From positions 1,728,001 through 1,792,000 of the forward strand of contig OZ242358.1 of the NCBI GenBank assembly GCA_965208835.1: 64,000 bases of DNA, read 5' to 3'. This stretch comes from Candidatus Latescibacterota bacterium (GTDB taxonomy: Bacteria; Latescibacterota; UBA2968; GCA-2709665). The translations under genes were made by a program, and so were the position numbers. Below, one piece after another: positions 28,610-39,010 of this stretch (its first letter is position 1; every line of letters begins with the position of its first letter). Below the pieces are notes generated by a model. The model saw only the letters and a program-made list of their open reading frames with translations. It was not told the DNA's origin and did no database searches.

Positions 28610-28843
28610 ACCTGAATCGAAGGACGGAATTTATAGAAATCCGATTTCGCTGTCAAGTCAATCGTTTCAAACGGGGGGGACCGGGAAGCCTCCCTTCAAA
28701 CCGGAATGCGCTTGACAGATCCGGTTGATTTTTGTTTATTCAAAGGGCTTAAATCCGTTATTTCATCCATAGTTGAAACAGCGATTTTTCGCGGCGCATC
28801 ATTGGGGAACACACGTTACGTGAACCGTCTGATTCCTTCAGGT

Positions 28844-28920
28844 GGGCGATTAGCTCAGATGGTTAGAGCGCTGGTTTCACATACCAGAGGTCACTGGTTC
28901 GAGTCCAGTATCGCCCACCA
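28844..28920 (+). tRNA. tRNA-Val(CAC)
   Basis: GGGCGAT-TAGCTCAG..CTGGT-TTCACAT-ACCAG..GGTTCGAGT..ATCGCCCACCA. Confidence 0.96.
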
Positions 28921-29031
28921 CAATCCGAAAGGCGAGGTGACCTCGGCCTGTCCGCAGGTGGATTCGGAAGGCCGGCAAACGTCAGGGTGCATCCACTAAT
29001 CGGATGCGCCTTTCTTTTTTGGAGAACGTGT

Positions 29032-29745
29032 ATGAAGGATAGTCTGCTAAAACTTTTGAACCTGCAGCGCATCGATACAGAACTGGATAAACTGAAACAG
29101 GTACAGGCGGATTATCCCGAAGCCATTTCCGACCTGCGCGGTAAGCTTGAAACCGCTAAACAGGCAGTCGACGCCAAAAAGGAGCAGGCGTCCGACCTGG
29201 AAAAAACACGTCGCCAGTTGGAGGGTGAGCTCGAGACCATACAGGCGGACCTGAAAAAACACCAGGACCGCCTCTACGAAGTCAAGACAAACCGCGAATA
29301 CGACGCGCTGCAGATAGAGATCGAAGTCCTGAGGAACCGGGCCGACGAGAACGAGACCATTATCCTCGAGGGCATCGAGCAGCACGATGAACTGAATACA
29401 ATGCTGGAGGAAGAGGAACGCGCGTACAAGGCGCTGGAAGCCGATTATCGGGGTCAGATTCAAGATCTGCAGAACCGGCTGGACCTGGTTGACGGCGAGG
29501 CCAGCGGCTGGCGTGAAGAACGTTCGGTCGCCGAAGAACTGGTCGACAGACCCGTCCTGTCCAACTACGACCGCATCCGCCGCGTCGTAAAGGACGGTGT
29601 CGCCGTGGTGCCGATCGGAAAGGGGTCCTGCGGCGGATGTTTCAGGCAGCTGCCTCCCCAGCTGCGCGTGGAAGTCAGGCGTCAGGACCGGATCATCCGC
29701 TGCGAAAACTGCGGCCGGATCCTCGTGTGGAGGGAAGAAACCTGA
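29032..29745 (+). CDS. Coiled-coil C4 zinc-ribbon protein (DUF164/HP0958-like)
   Basis: LQRID, long coiled coil, CGGC...CENCGRIL. Confidence 0.9.
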   Translation: MKDSLLKLLNLQRIDTELDKLKQVQADYPEAISDLRGKLETAKQAVDAKKEQASDLEKTRRQLEGELETIQADLKKHQDRLYEVKTNREYDALQIEIEVLRNRADENETIILEGIEQHDELNTMLEEEERAYKALEADYRGQIQDLQNRLDLVDGEASGWREERSVAEELVDRPVLSNYDRIRRVVKDGVAVVPIGKGSCGGCFRQLPPQLRVEVRRQDRIIRCENCGRILVWREET

Positions 29746-29746
29746 C

Positions 29747-30169
29747 ATGGCCGGCAACGAGACAATAGACGTCTACGTCGACGGTGCTGCGAAGGGCAAT
29801 CCCGGCCCGGCGGGTATCGGCGTGCGGTTGGAGCTCGAAGGCGTGGTTCTGTCTGAACATTCGGAATACATCGGCAACGCCACCAACAACGTCGCGGAAT
29901 ACAAGGCGCTCATCTACGGATTGGAAATTGCCCGGAGGTATCGCGTAACACGCGTCAACGCCATATCGGACAGCGAATTGCTGGTCCGGCAGTTGAACGG
30001 CGAATACAAGGTAAAGAACGAGAACCTGATTCCGTTGTATCGCGATGCCCGTGAACTCGCCGGTACGTTTGAGGAATTCCGTATTCGGCATGTTTCGCGG
30101 ACGGAAAACCAGCACGCGGACCGCCTCGCGAATCAGGGCATAAAGGACGGTTCGAAACGAAAATCCTGA
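29747..30169 (+). CDS. rnhA: Ribonuclease HI family
   Basis: DGAAKGNPGPAG, TNNVAEY, DSELLVRQ, N..AD.LAN. Confidence 0.9.
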   Translation: MAGNETIDVYVDGAAKGNPGPAGIGVRLELEGVVLSEHSEYIGNATNNVAEYKALIYGLEIARRYRVTRVNAISDSELLVRQLNGEYKVKNENLIPLYRDARELAGTFEEFRIRHVSRTENQHADRLANQGIKDGSKRKS

Positions 30170-30198
30170 GCCGCCTGCGGTTCAGGATCCACATTCAA

Positions 30199-30591
30199 GG
30201 CAAGCGGGCCGGATGGCCGCGCCCCTGCCAGTCCGCTGGTATGGGCGAGGAAAGTCCGAGCTCCACGGGGCAGGATGCTGGGTAACTCCCAGGCGGGGCA
30301 ACCCGAAGGAAAGTGCCACAGAAAACAGACCGCCAGCGGGCGAAACCACGGTTTCGTTGCGGGCAAGGGTGAAACGGCGGGGTAAGAGCCCACCGCGCTC
30401 CCGGAGACGGGAGCGGCACGGTAAACCCCATCCGGAGCAAGGCCAAATAGGAGCGGAGAGGCGGCCCGTCTCGCAATTACGCTCGGGTAGGCTGCGCAGA
30501 GGCGCCGGGCAACCGGCGTCCCAGATAAATGGCCATCCGTTCGGCGTGTATTGCGCCGGACGACAGAACTCGGCTTACAGGCCCGCTTGCC
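30199..30591 (+). ncRNA. rnpB: RNase P RNA, type A
   Basis: GAGGAAAGTCCGAGC, AGTGCCACAGAAAA, GGTAAACCCC, ACAGAACTCGGCTTAC; P1 helix GGCAAGCGGGCC/GGCCCGCTTGCC. Confidence 0.96.
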
Positions 30592-30599
30592 TGAATTAC

Positions 30600-30654
30600 G
30601 AAGCTGTGTTAAAATCCCCGGTGCGAAGACCGCTGGGGAGTTTAATACAGCTTC
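30600..30654. repeat. 55-bp hairpin, minimal derivative of the MITE at 61466
   Basis: GAAGCTGTGTTAAA..TTTAATACAGCTTC; shares CCCAGCGGTCTTCGCAC with the 61466 element. Confidence 0.7.
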
Positions 30655-30679
30655 TAAGAGTCCCGTCCAGGAGCGACGG

Positions 30680-31504
30680 TTGAGTTTTCTGGAGAAATAT
30701 CGCAGCGCCGCAGACTCCCGGAAGAGCCTGGTCTGCGTCGGCCTGGATCCCGACCCTGAGCGCCTTCCCGATCACCTCAGAGGCACGGCGGACCCGGTTT
30801 CGTCCTTTCTCAAGGAGGTCGTCGCGGCCACCCGCGACCTCGTCTGCGCCTACAAACCCAACTTTGCGTTTTTCGGCGCGATGGGTGCGGCCGGATGGCG
30901 GAGCCTGGAGGACGTTCTCAGCGCCATTCCCTCCGCAACGCCGGTTGTGCTCGACTTCAAAGCCAATGACATCGGAAACAGCGCCCGCCGTTACGCTCAG
31001 ATGGCGTATGAAGCGTTGGGCGTAGACGCGGTCACCGTGAACCCGCTCATGGGCTCCGACTCGGTGGCCCCTTTTCTGGAATACCCGGACGGCTGCGCAT
31101 TCCTGCTCTGCCTGACGTCCAACCCCGGCTCGGCGGACTTCCAGCGGCTTTCCACGCAGGACGGTCCACTCTATCAGCACGTTGCGAGGAAAGCGCTCGA
31201 GTGGGCCGGTACAGGTCCATGCGGCCTCGTGGTCGGCGCAACTCACGCTCGCGAGCTCGCCGCCGTACGGAGAATCGCGCCGGGACTTCCTTTCCTGGTC
31301 CCCGGCGTCGGCGCCCAGATGGGTGATCCCGGCGAGGTGGTCAGGTGCGGCTCGGACAGGAACGGCGAGGGCTTGCTTGTCAATGTTTCCAGGAGCGTAC
31401 TCTACGCCTCCTCCGACAGGGACTTCGCGGACGCCGCCCGGCGCGCCGCCGAATCGCTTCGCGCCGAACTGGAACGGGAACGGGCCGCGTCTTTGAGCCC
31501 ATAG
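30680..31504 (+). CDS. pyrF: Orotidine-5'-phosphate decarboxylase
   Basis: CVGLDP, YKPN, DFKANDIGNS, TSNPGS, LVPGVGAQ. Confidence 0.95.
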   Translation: MSFLEKYRSAADSRKSLVCVGLDPDPERLPDHLRGTADPVSSFLKEVVAATRDLVCAYKPNFAFFGAMGAAGWRSLEDVLSAIPSATPVVLDFKANDIGNSARRYAQMAYEALGVDAVTVNPLMGSDSVAPFLEYPDGCAFLLCLTSNPGSADFQRLSTQDGPLYQHVARKALEWAGTGPCGLVVGATHARELAAVRRIAPGLPFLVPGVGAQMGDPGEVVRCGSDRNGEGLLVNVSRSVLYASSDRDFADAARRAAESLRAELERERAASLSP

Positions 31505-31538
31505 TACGAAAACGGCTTCGATTTCAGGAGACTACGTC

Positions 31539-32354
31539 ATGGAACCCCTGAAACTGACCGAGGAACAGAAACAGCAGTGGGCGATTGACGGGTATATTCT
31601 GCTCAAGGGGGTCCTCTCCGCCGAAGAGTCCGGAAACCTCAGACGTGAGGTGGACCGGCTGCACAGGAGATTTGTAATCAACAAGGCCGGCGCAGAACCG
31701 AAATCCGGCCTGGACCGAAGAAACATCCTGCCGGATGGCGACGCTTTCATCCATCTGATGGACCATCCCGCCGCATTTGACGTCATTCTGGAACTGATGG
31801 GCCCGTATATCCAGCTGAGTATGGCCGAAGCCGTTGTGCGTCCGCCCAACCCGGGTTATAAGGGCTTTATCCATACGGACGGCGGCCAGGCCCTGCGGCA
31901 CATCCGCGTGACCGAAACGAGCTGGCCGCTTCAGATCAAGATACAGTATTTTCTCACGGACGTCAGGAAGCCCGACCGCGGCAATTTCACCGTTTTCCCG
32001 GGCAGCCACCTGCGGCCCTATCCCGAGGGGGACATGTCCATAACGGCGCAGACGCCGGGTGCGGTGCAACTTTGCGCGGAAGCCGGAGACGCGGCGGTCT
32101 TTTCCCATGCCCTCTGGCACGGCGTTTCCCCCAACCTTTCCGGACGGTCCCGGAAGACCCTCATCTATTGCTACAGCCAGCAGTGTTTCCGTACCTTTGA
32201 CTTTAACGGCCACACACGGGAAGTTCTGGCGAAATGTACGCCCAGACAACGCCGTCTGCTGGGGGACCTGGGCAGAGACTGGCGCCCGGGTGCGTACTTC
32301 TACAGTCCGGAAGACCAGGTTGAGGTCATCGAACAGAGGTCCGAAGTCGCCTGA
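31539..32354 (+). CDS. Phytanoyl-CoA dioxygenase (PhyH) family
   Basis: DGY, HTD, PGSH, AGDA..F...LWHG. Confidence 0.9.
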   Translation: MEPLKLTEEQKQQWAIDGYILLKGVLSAEESGNLRREVDRLHRRFVINKAGAEPKSGLDRRNILPDGDAFIHLMDHPAAFDVILELMGPYIQLSMAEAVVRPPNPGYKGFIHTDGGQALRHIRVTETSWPLQIKIQYFLTDVRKPDRGNFTVFPGSHLRPYPEGDMSITAQTPGAVQLCAEAGDAAVFSHALWHGVSPNLSGRSRKTLIYCYSQQCFRTFDFNGHTREVLAKCTPRQRRLLGDLGRDWRPGAYFYSPEDQVEVIEQRSEVA

Positions 32355-32547
32355 ACGTCACTCCTCGCACGCGCGTTCCGACAACCGCGCCGTCTCCCGC
32401 CCGCCTCGTTCCGTCGTCTCCACTACAGAGCCTGTCTTCAGCAGTGCCCGTGTCCGCAGGTTTCGCGGCGGGATTTCGGTACCTAGGGCCAGGCGAGGCA
32501 GTGTCTTCACGCCATCCGTAAACGTCAGCCTGCGGGGAAGAACAGAA

Positions 32548-34452
32548 ATGCCGCTGGTTCAACTCGAAAACGTCCACAAGGCCTATGGGGCCAACACGGT
32601 GCTGAGCGGTCTGACCTGGAAGATCGAAGCGGGTACCCGCGTCGGACTGGTCGGGCGAAACGGATGCGGAAAGACGACGCTCTTCCACCTCATGACAGGG
32701 CGGCTGCACCCGGACCGAGGACGGATTCATAAGCGTCGGAATCTGAACGTGGGATATCTCGCGCAGGATCCCGAATTGGAGGAAGGGTCCGTTGTTCTTG
32801 CCACCGTACTCGACGCGTTTTCCGACCTGCTGGACCTGCAGCGACGAATGGGCGTGTTGGAAGACCGCCTGGCCGAAAGCCAGGAACAACCCGGCCTCCT
32901 GGAAGAATACGGACGCCTTCAGCACAGCTACGAAGCCCGCCACGGCTACGATGTCGAAGCCCGCGCGAAGGCCGTCCTTCACGGGCTGGGTTTCGCCCGG
33001 ACAGATTTCGAAACCCCGGTTTCGCTGCTCAGCGGCGGTCAGAAAAACCGCCTCGCGCTCGCGCGCCTGCTGGTACGGGAACCCCACCTGCTTCTTCTCG
33101 ACGAACCCACCAATCACCTGGACCTCGAGGCCATCCAATGGCTGGAAGGGTTTCTGCCTGCATTCGACGGCGCGTATGTGGTCGTTTCCCACGACCGGTA
33201 TTTTCTGGACAGCACCATCGACCGCATCGTCGAACTCGAGAACGGAGACCTTGCCGCGTACGCGGGCAATTACAGCTTCTATGCCGCCGAACGGCAGGAG
33301 CGCATGGCGAGGCGTTTCAAGGCCTATGAGCGCCAGCAGGAACACATCCACAGGACCGAAGAATTCATCCGGCGCAATATTGCAGGCCAGAAGACCAAAC
33401 AAGCCCAGAGCCGTAGACGAGCTCTCGAGAAACTCGAAAGACTCGACCGTCCAATGCGCGACGAGGAGTTCCGGCTGGAATTTACGGCCGGCGCGAGGGG
33501 CGGAAATCGGGTTGTGGAACTCGAACGGACATCGAAAGCCTATGGAGAGACGGTCCTCTTTCGGAATCTGGACGTGCTTGTTCGACGGGGCGATCGACTG
33601 GGCATCATCGGACCGAACGGTTCGGGCAAATCCACGCTGCTGAAGCTGCTCGGCGGCCGCGTCGCGGCCGATAGCGGGACCATCAGGACCGGTTCGAATA
33701 TACAGGTGGGTTATTACGATCAGCATAGGGACGAACTTGATCCCGGTCATACGTTGCAGGAGGAAATCTGGGCGGTCACCCCGGACGCGCCGGCGGGGGA
33801 AATCCGCGACGTTCTGGGTGCGTTTCTCTTTTCGGGTGACGATGTCGAGCGCAAAGTCGGCAGCCTCAGCGGAGGAGAAAAGAGCAGGGTGGCCCTGGCC
33901 AGGCTCATGAGGTCCGAAACCAACCTCCTGGTACTGGACGAACCCACCAATCACCTGGACATACCTTCCCGGGACGTTCTGGAGGATGCCCTGAAAGCCT
34001 ACGAGGGCACGCTCATCGCCGTCTCTCACGATCGCTACTTCCTGAACCTGCTGGTGGACCGACTGCTGGTCCTCGGGAATGGAGAGTGGGAGCTCGTGGA
34101 GGGCAACTACGACGCCTGGCAGCGCCAGCGTGGACAGCAAGAGGATACTTCCAGTGCGCGCTCACGCAGAAATCCCGCGCGGAAAGCCGAGTACGAACGG
34201 ACACGCGCCGACCGCAGGGCCCGGGACAGGCGTCAGCGGCGGCTGGAGGCCATCGAAGAAGAGATCCAGGACCTGGAGGCGAAACTCGAGCGGCTGGACG
34301 GGCAACTTGCGCTGGACGACCGTGCGTCGGATTGGGAGCACCTGCAGTCGGTCACCGAGGAACGACGGCGGATTCAGGCCCGGATCGAAGAACGCATCGC
34401 GGCGTGGGAAACGATCGAGACGGCGGTAGCGGAGGGCGGGGAAGGGACATGA
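32548..34452 (+). CDS. ABC-F family ATPase
   Basis: Two NBDs (GRNGCGKT, GPNGSGKS; LSGG; LDEPTNHLD), no TM segments, C-terminal coiled coil. Confidence 0.95.
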   Translation: MPLVQLENVHKAYGANTVLSGLTWKIEAGTRVGLVGRNGCGKTTLFHLMTGRLHPDRGRIHKRRNLNVGYLAQDPELEEGSVVLATVLDAFSDLLDLQRRMGVLEDRLAESQEQPGLLEEYGRLQHSYEARHGYDVEARAKAVLHGLGFARTDFETPVSLLSGGQKNRLALARLLVREPHLLLLDEPTNHLDLEAIQWLEGFLPAFDGAYVVVSHDRYFLDSTIDRIVELENGDLAAYAGNYSFYAAERQERMARRFKAYERQQEHIHRTEEFIRRNIAGQKTKQAQSRRRALEKLERLDRPMRDEEFRLEFTAGARGGNRVVELERTSKAYGETVLFRNLDVLVRRGDRLGIIGPNGSGKSTLLKLLGGRVAADSGTIRTGSNIQVGYYDQHRDELDPGHTLQEEIWAVTPDAPAGEIRDVLGAFLFSGDDVERKVGSLSGGEKSRVALARLMRSETNLLVLDEPTNHLDIPSRDVLEDALKAYEGTLIAVSHDRYFLNLLVDRLLVLGNGEWELVEGNYDAWQRQRGQQEDTSSARSRRNPARKAEYERTRADRRARDRRQRRLEAIEEEIQDLEAKLERLDGQLALDDRASDWEHLQSVTEERRRIQARIEERIAAWETIETAVAEGGEGT

Positions 34453-36491
34453 GCTTCGACAGATCGCTGATGGCGCCCGCGGAATTCGAGTTCGTGGTTC
34501 TGGGCGATACCCACTACATGCTCGATCCCGGCGGCCGGGCGCTGGAATTCGAGTCGCGTCGCAAGCAGACGGCCAGATCGGACGCGGCCCTCAGGCTGGC
34601 GGCCTCACTGAGCCCGGACTTCGTCGTGCACATGGGCGACCTGGTGCAGGAGTACCCCGAGTCCCGGCGCCACCGGGAGGCGATCGACGAGGCGAGGGCG
34701 CAGCTGGCGCGCCTGAACGTTGAAGTGTTCCACGTTGCCGGAAACCACGACGTGGGCGACAAACCCGATCCCACCATGCCCACCCGGCCCGTCACGGCCG
34801 AGTCCCTGAAGCGGTATCAGACCCGTTTCGGGCCGTCCTGGTACAGCTTCGACCGCCGGGGGTGTCACTTCATCGTGATCAACTCCCAGATTCTCAACAC
34901 CCGCCTTCCGGAATCCGGGTCTCAGCGGGACTGGCTTGAAAGGGACCTGGAAACCCATGGGCAGGACCGCGCTTTTCTCTTTCTCCACCTGCCGCCGTTT
35001 CTGGAACACCCGGACGAACCGCACCGCGGCAACTACGACAATGTCGGCCAGCCCGACCGGCGCTGGATACTTGACCTGATCCACCGAAACCGGGTCGAAG
35101 TCGTCTGCGCCGCGCACGTCCACTTCGGGTTTCTGAACCGGGTCGGGTCGACTCGAATACACAACATTCCATCGACCTCCTTCGTGCGCCCCGGCTTCAG
35201 CCACCTGTTTACCGGTCCGTCTCCGCCGGAGCAGGGCAGGGACGACGCGCCCAAACTCGGCTTCTATCTGTTCCGCGTCTTTCGAGACCGCACCGACGTA
35301 CACTTCATCCGTACCGGCGGCGCGGTTGTTCCGGAAAAAGAGGCGGACGACGACCCGATCCGCCTGCTCACCCGGACTTCTCCGGCTTTGTCCGCTTCTC
35401 CTGTGGCGTTGACCCTGCTGCATCCCCTTGCAACCCGAGCGGAAATTCCAATCGCGTTTCCAAGTGTCGTCAGGCAGCGCGTCCGAAACGACTATCCGCT
35501 GCTTGCCTGTGTGGAGCTGGGCGCGGCCGCTATTCGATTCCCCGTCGACGATCTCGACGACCCCCTTCAGCGGGAGCGACTCCGGATCCTTCGCGACGAC
35601 GGTTTGAGGCTCACCGCGATGGCGCCCGCGCCATCCCGGCCGGATCTTTCGGCGTACGCCCGACGGCACTCGGACATCGTCGACATCTGGGAGGTCCAGT
35701 TACCCGGTACACGACTGCCATCGCGGGATCTCATCGGCGCGCTCGCGGGTACCGGCAGCGAATCCTCCACGCGTTTCGCGCTTGCACCCATCCTGCCTGG
35801 AGAGATCCGTCCCGGCAAACAGCACCCACGCACCCGAATCGGATATGTCCCCGGGGAATTGCGGGAACTGGACCATTTCCTGGCGGAACGGGGCGTCTCC
35901 ATCGACCGGGTCCTGTGCCGTGTGGAGGAGAGCCCACCCTGGAATACGGTTCGGGAACTCCTGGATCTGGGCACACTCAGCCACGTCGGCGCCGTGGACC
36001 TCGCGGTGACGTTCACGTCTCGCGACGACGTGCGGAACGCCAATACCGCCGCGGAGACCCTGTTTGGCGCCGTCCTGTTACCCGGCGGCAGAATCTACTT
36101 CGAGCCGTTCGTCGATCTGGACCGGACGCTTGACGTGGCACACGGTCTCCTGGACACGTCCAGCAACCCTCGTCCGCCCTTTCACGTGTTGCGGACGCTG
36201 AATACGGTACTCTTTCACGAGCGGATTTCCCGTCCGAAACCGGGCGAACTCGAACTGCGCGGGGCCGAGATCCGGACCCTCACCGGCGCGGCCGGCTTTC
36301 ATGCGCTGATTACTTCGTGCGCCGTCGAGTTGCCGGACCTTCGCGGACTCACGTTTTCCGGGATCTCGCCCGGCGCTCCCTCCCGTCTCTACCGCCTCGC
36401 CGACGGCGCAGTTGAGAGGGGTCCGCTTGAGCGCCTCATCCGGTCCGCGTCAGGTCTGTCGCCTCCGGTTCTCCTGACATCGGGCTTCTGA
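34449..36491 (+). CDS. Calcineurin-like metallophosphoesterase with long C-terminal domain
   Basis: DTH, GDL, GNHD, AHVH motifs in the first ~280 aa. Confidence 0.85.
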   Translation: MSFDRSLMAPAEFEFVVLGDTHYMLDPGGRALEFESRRKQTARSDAALRLAASLSPDFVVHMGDLVQEYPESRRHREAIDEARAQLARLNVEVFHVAGNHDVGDKPDPTMPTRPVTAESLKRYQTRFGPSWYSFDRRGCHFIVINSQILNTRLPESGSQRDWLERDLETHGQDRAFLFLHLPPFLEHPDEPHRGNYDNVGQPDRRWILDLIHRNRVEVVCAAHVHFGFLNRVGSTRIHNIPSTSFVRPGFSHLFTGPSPPEQGRDDAPKLGFYLFRVFRDRTDVHFIRTGGAVVPEKEADDDPIRLLTRTSPALSASPVALTLLHPLATRAEIPIAFPSVVRQRVRNDYPLLACVELGAAAIRFPVDDLDDPLQRERLRILRDDGLRLTAMAPAPSRPDLSAYARRHSDIVDIWEVQLPGTRLPSRDLIGALAGTGSESSTRFALAPILPGEIRPGKQHPRTRIGYVPGELRELDHFLAERGVSIDRVLCRVEESPPWNTVRELLDLGTLSHVGAVDLAVTFTSRDDVRNANTAAETLFGAVLLPGGRIYFEPFVDLDRTLDVAHGLLDTSSNPRPPFHVLRTLNTVLFHERISRPKPGELELRGAEIRTLTGAAGFHALITSCAVELPDLRGLTFSGISPGAPSRLYRLADGAVERGPLERLIRSASGLSPPVLLTSGF

Positions 36492-36619
36492 GCTCCCGCC
36501 TGCAGGGTTGACATTTTCCGTCATTCTATGGATCTTTCTTGCGCAACGGCTCGGTACATTTCGGCTTTGCCTGAAACCCCGGTTTTCCAATCGATTCAAA
36601 AAAAACGAGGACTCGCCAG

Positions 36620-37417
36620 ATGGCGAAAACGCTCCGCGTCTGTCTGGCTGCCCTGAAGCAGCGGCCCTCCGTTCCCGAAGGCGTTGAAAAGCTGATTTCG
36701 GTTCTCCGCGAGTGCCAGGACCGGAAGGTGGATATCGTCTGCACGCCGGAGACTTACCTTCCGGGACTCAGAGGCGCGACGTTCGATCTGCCGGATCCGG
36801 ACCAGCCGGCAATGGAACGGGCCCTGAAGGACCTTCGTGCGGCCTGCCGGGAAACCGGCGTCGCCATCATCGCGGGCATGGAGTGGCAATCCGAACTCGG
36901 CCTTGAAAACAGGGCCTTCGTCATCTCTCCTGCGGGCCGGGTGCTGGGCTACCAGACCAAGAACCAGATCACCCCGGGAGGCGAGTCGGAGAATTACGTG
37001 CCGGACGGCCGGAGAAAGGTGTTCACCGTAAAGGGCGTCAGGTTCGGAATTACGATCTGCCACGAAGGATGGCGCTATCCGGAGACCGTACGGTGGCCCG
37101 CCGTCCGGGGCGCGCGGGTGGTCTTCCAGCCCCAGGTCACGGGGAGCGACGATCGGGGGCAGGAGCCCAGGAAGTGGGGCGAGTCCTTCTACGAGAAGGC
37201 GATGCAGTGCCGCGCCGGGGAGAATAACATCTACTTCGCCAGCGTCAATCAGGCCATGAAAGGTCAGAATTCAGCCACCAGCCTCATCGACCCGCAGGGA
37301 AATCTCATCGAACATATCCCGTGCGGAAAGGAAGACCTTCTCATTGCCGACCTCGACATCGAAGAAGCCACACGTTTCTACACCAGGCGGTACCGGTCCG
37401 AACTCTATCCTGCCTGA
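36620..37417 (+). CDS. Carbon-nitrogen hydrolase (nitrilase superfamily)
   Basis: TPE, QTK, ICHEG catalytic triad motifs. Confidence 0.9.
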   Translation: MAKTLRVCLAALKQRPSVPEGVEKLISVLRECQDRKVDIVCTPETYLPGLRGATFDLPDPDQPAMERALKDLRAACRETGVAIIAGMEWQSELGLENRAFVISPAGRVLGYQTKNQITPGGESENYVPDGRRKVFTVKGVRFGITICHEGWRYPETVRWPAVRGARVVFQPQVTGSDDRGQEPRKWGESFYEKAMQCRAGENNIYFASVNQAMKGQNSATSLIDPQGNLIEHIPCGKEDLLIADLDIEEATRFYTRRYRSELYPA

Positions 37418-37437
37418 CCCGTCCCGGGGGAATTTAT

Positions 37438-38766
37438 ATGGCCAGATTCGCGCTCGTTTTGCTCTGTGTCTGTTTCACGATAAACGGCAACGCCGCAGCG
37501 CAGGAGACCACGCCGGCCGACTTCGACGGAGACGGCGAAGTCGACTTCTCGGATTTCCTCATCTTCGCCCGTGGTTTCGGCAGGACGGACCAGGACGCGG
37601 ACTTCGATGCCAGGCTGGACCTGAACGACAGTGGAGCGGTCGACTTCCAGGACTTCCTCCTATTCGCGCGGCAGTTCGGCGGCTCGACGCCACCCGAAGA
37701 CGCGGACAGGGAGCCGTTCGATCCTGCGCGGATCTATATCGCGGATTTTCGGGCAGACAGAGTCTTTGTGGTGGATGCCCAGTCGAATTCTTACGATCCC
37801 GGCCTTTCCGTCTCCGTCAGTCAGCCACGTAGCATAATTTACTCGTATTTGAACAGACGCTTCTATGTAGTCGGACAGGACTCGTTCTATGCACTTACAG
37901 AGTCCAGCGAGATCGACTTCCGGCTGCCGCTTCTGGACCGGCCCGAATCGCCGGATTCCAGGCCGCGCACGCGTGGCGGATTCCGCATCGCACTTTCCCC
38001 CGACCACCGTCTTGCCTACGTCACGGAAGACATCGCCAGTCAAATCGAAGTGATCCATCTCAAAAACGTCGATTCTGTGGGTTTGATTCCCCTTACGCTG
38101 CCGCCCAGTGGAGTCGGCGTATCTCCGGACGGCGGCACGCTCTATGTGGCGCATAACAATATACCCTGGATTTCGGTAGTCGACGCTTCCGCACAAGCAC
38201 TCGCGGATAGTATCCGGCTTAACGGAAGGGGCAACGCGAGGATCGTGGTGTCTCCTGAGGGCGACAGGATCTATACCGCAACCACCCAGGGCGGCGACGA
38301 CCCGTCGGTACAGATTGTTTCGATCGATCCTGAGACTAAAGAAATCGTCAATTCGCTGGAAGTCGCGCCGGATTCGACAACAAAGGTTTGGGACCTTCAG
38401 GCATCCAGGGACGGCAGCAAGCTATACGCCACCGTAAGGCGGTTCTTTATTGCGCCGACGGAACAGTTCGGATTCGTGTTAGAGGGTTATTTCCGGACCG
38501 TAGATTCTGTAACTTTCAAATTGACGAGCGAAGTCCAGATCGAAGGGGAAGCGGTCAATTTCGGAGTTTCCCGCGACGACAGGACCGCATACGTCGCCGT
38601 CTCCGATCCGTTTACCGGCGTGCTTCGACTCGCGATCCTCGACCTGGAAGACAATGCGGTACTTGGGGCCATTCCCGTGACCTTCCTTTCGGCGTTCGAC
38701 GTCAAGGCCTTCGGCGGCAAGGCGGCGTTGGGTCGTATTATGTTCCCTGAGATAACCGTATTCTGA
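37438..38766 (+). CDS. Secreted dockerin/EF-hand plus YncE-like beta-propeller protein
   Basis: Signal peptide; DFDGDGEVDFSDF and DLNDSGAVDFQDF; SPDG..LY repeats. Confidence 0.8.
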   Translation: MARFALVLLCVCFTINGNAAAQETTPADFDGDGEVDFSDFLIFARGFGRTDQDADFDARLDLNDSGAVDFQDFLLFARQFGGSTPPEDADREPFDPARIYIADFRADRVFVVDAQSNSYDPGLSVSVSQPRSIIYSYLNRRFYVVGQDSFYALTESSEIDFRLPLLDRPESPDSRPRTRGGFRIALSPDHRLAYVTEDIASQIEVIHLKNVDSVGLIPLTLPPSGVGVSPDGGTLYVAHNNIPWISVVDASAQALADSIRLNGRGNARIVVSPEGDRIYTATTQGGDDPSVQIVSIDPETKEIVNSLEVAPDSTTKVWDLQASRDGSKLYATVRRFFIAPTEQFGFVLEGYFRTVDSVTFKLTSEVQIEGEAVNFGVSRDDRTAYVAVSDPFTGVLRLAILDLEDNAVLGAIPVTFLSAFDVKAFGGKAALGRIMFPEITVF

Positions 38767-39010
38767 TCGCCTGTCGCACGGATCGGCAATGGCGGTACGA
38801 GTACTATTGCCGCCCGCGTCAGGCCGATCTGCCCTAGACGTATCGCACGAGGATTTCGCCCGCCTACGGACCGGCGCGGGGATCCGGGCCATGTGTCCTA
38901 TCTGTGACTCTGGAGACGAAAGCCCTTGCAAACCGCCCCGATTTCCAGTAGATTTTCATATAGAGCAATTTTGTACATGATGCCTCACCTTTTGATGAGG
39001 AGCGAGGACA

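Noticed and set aside
28338-28999. Short ORFs across the tRNA genes
   Set aside because: Explained by tRNA-Glu and tRNA-Val
30133-30683. ORFs overlapping rnpB
   Set aside because: The region is RNase P RNA
32326-34140. Long antisense ORFs (also 8984-10351, 41942-43225, 19437-20312)
   Set aside because: Shadow frames of well-supported genes in high-GC DNA; no motifs
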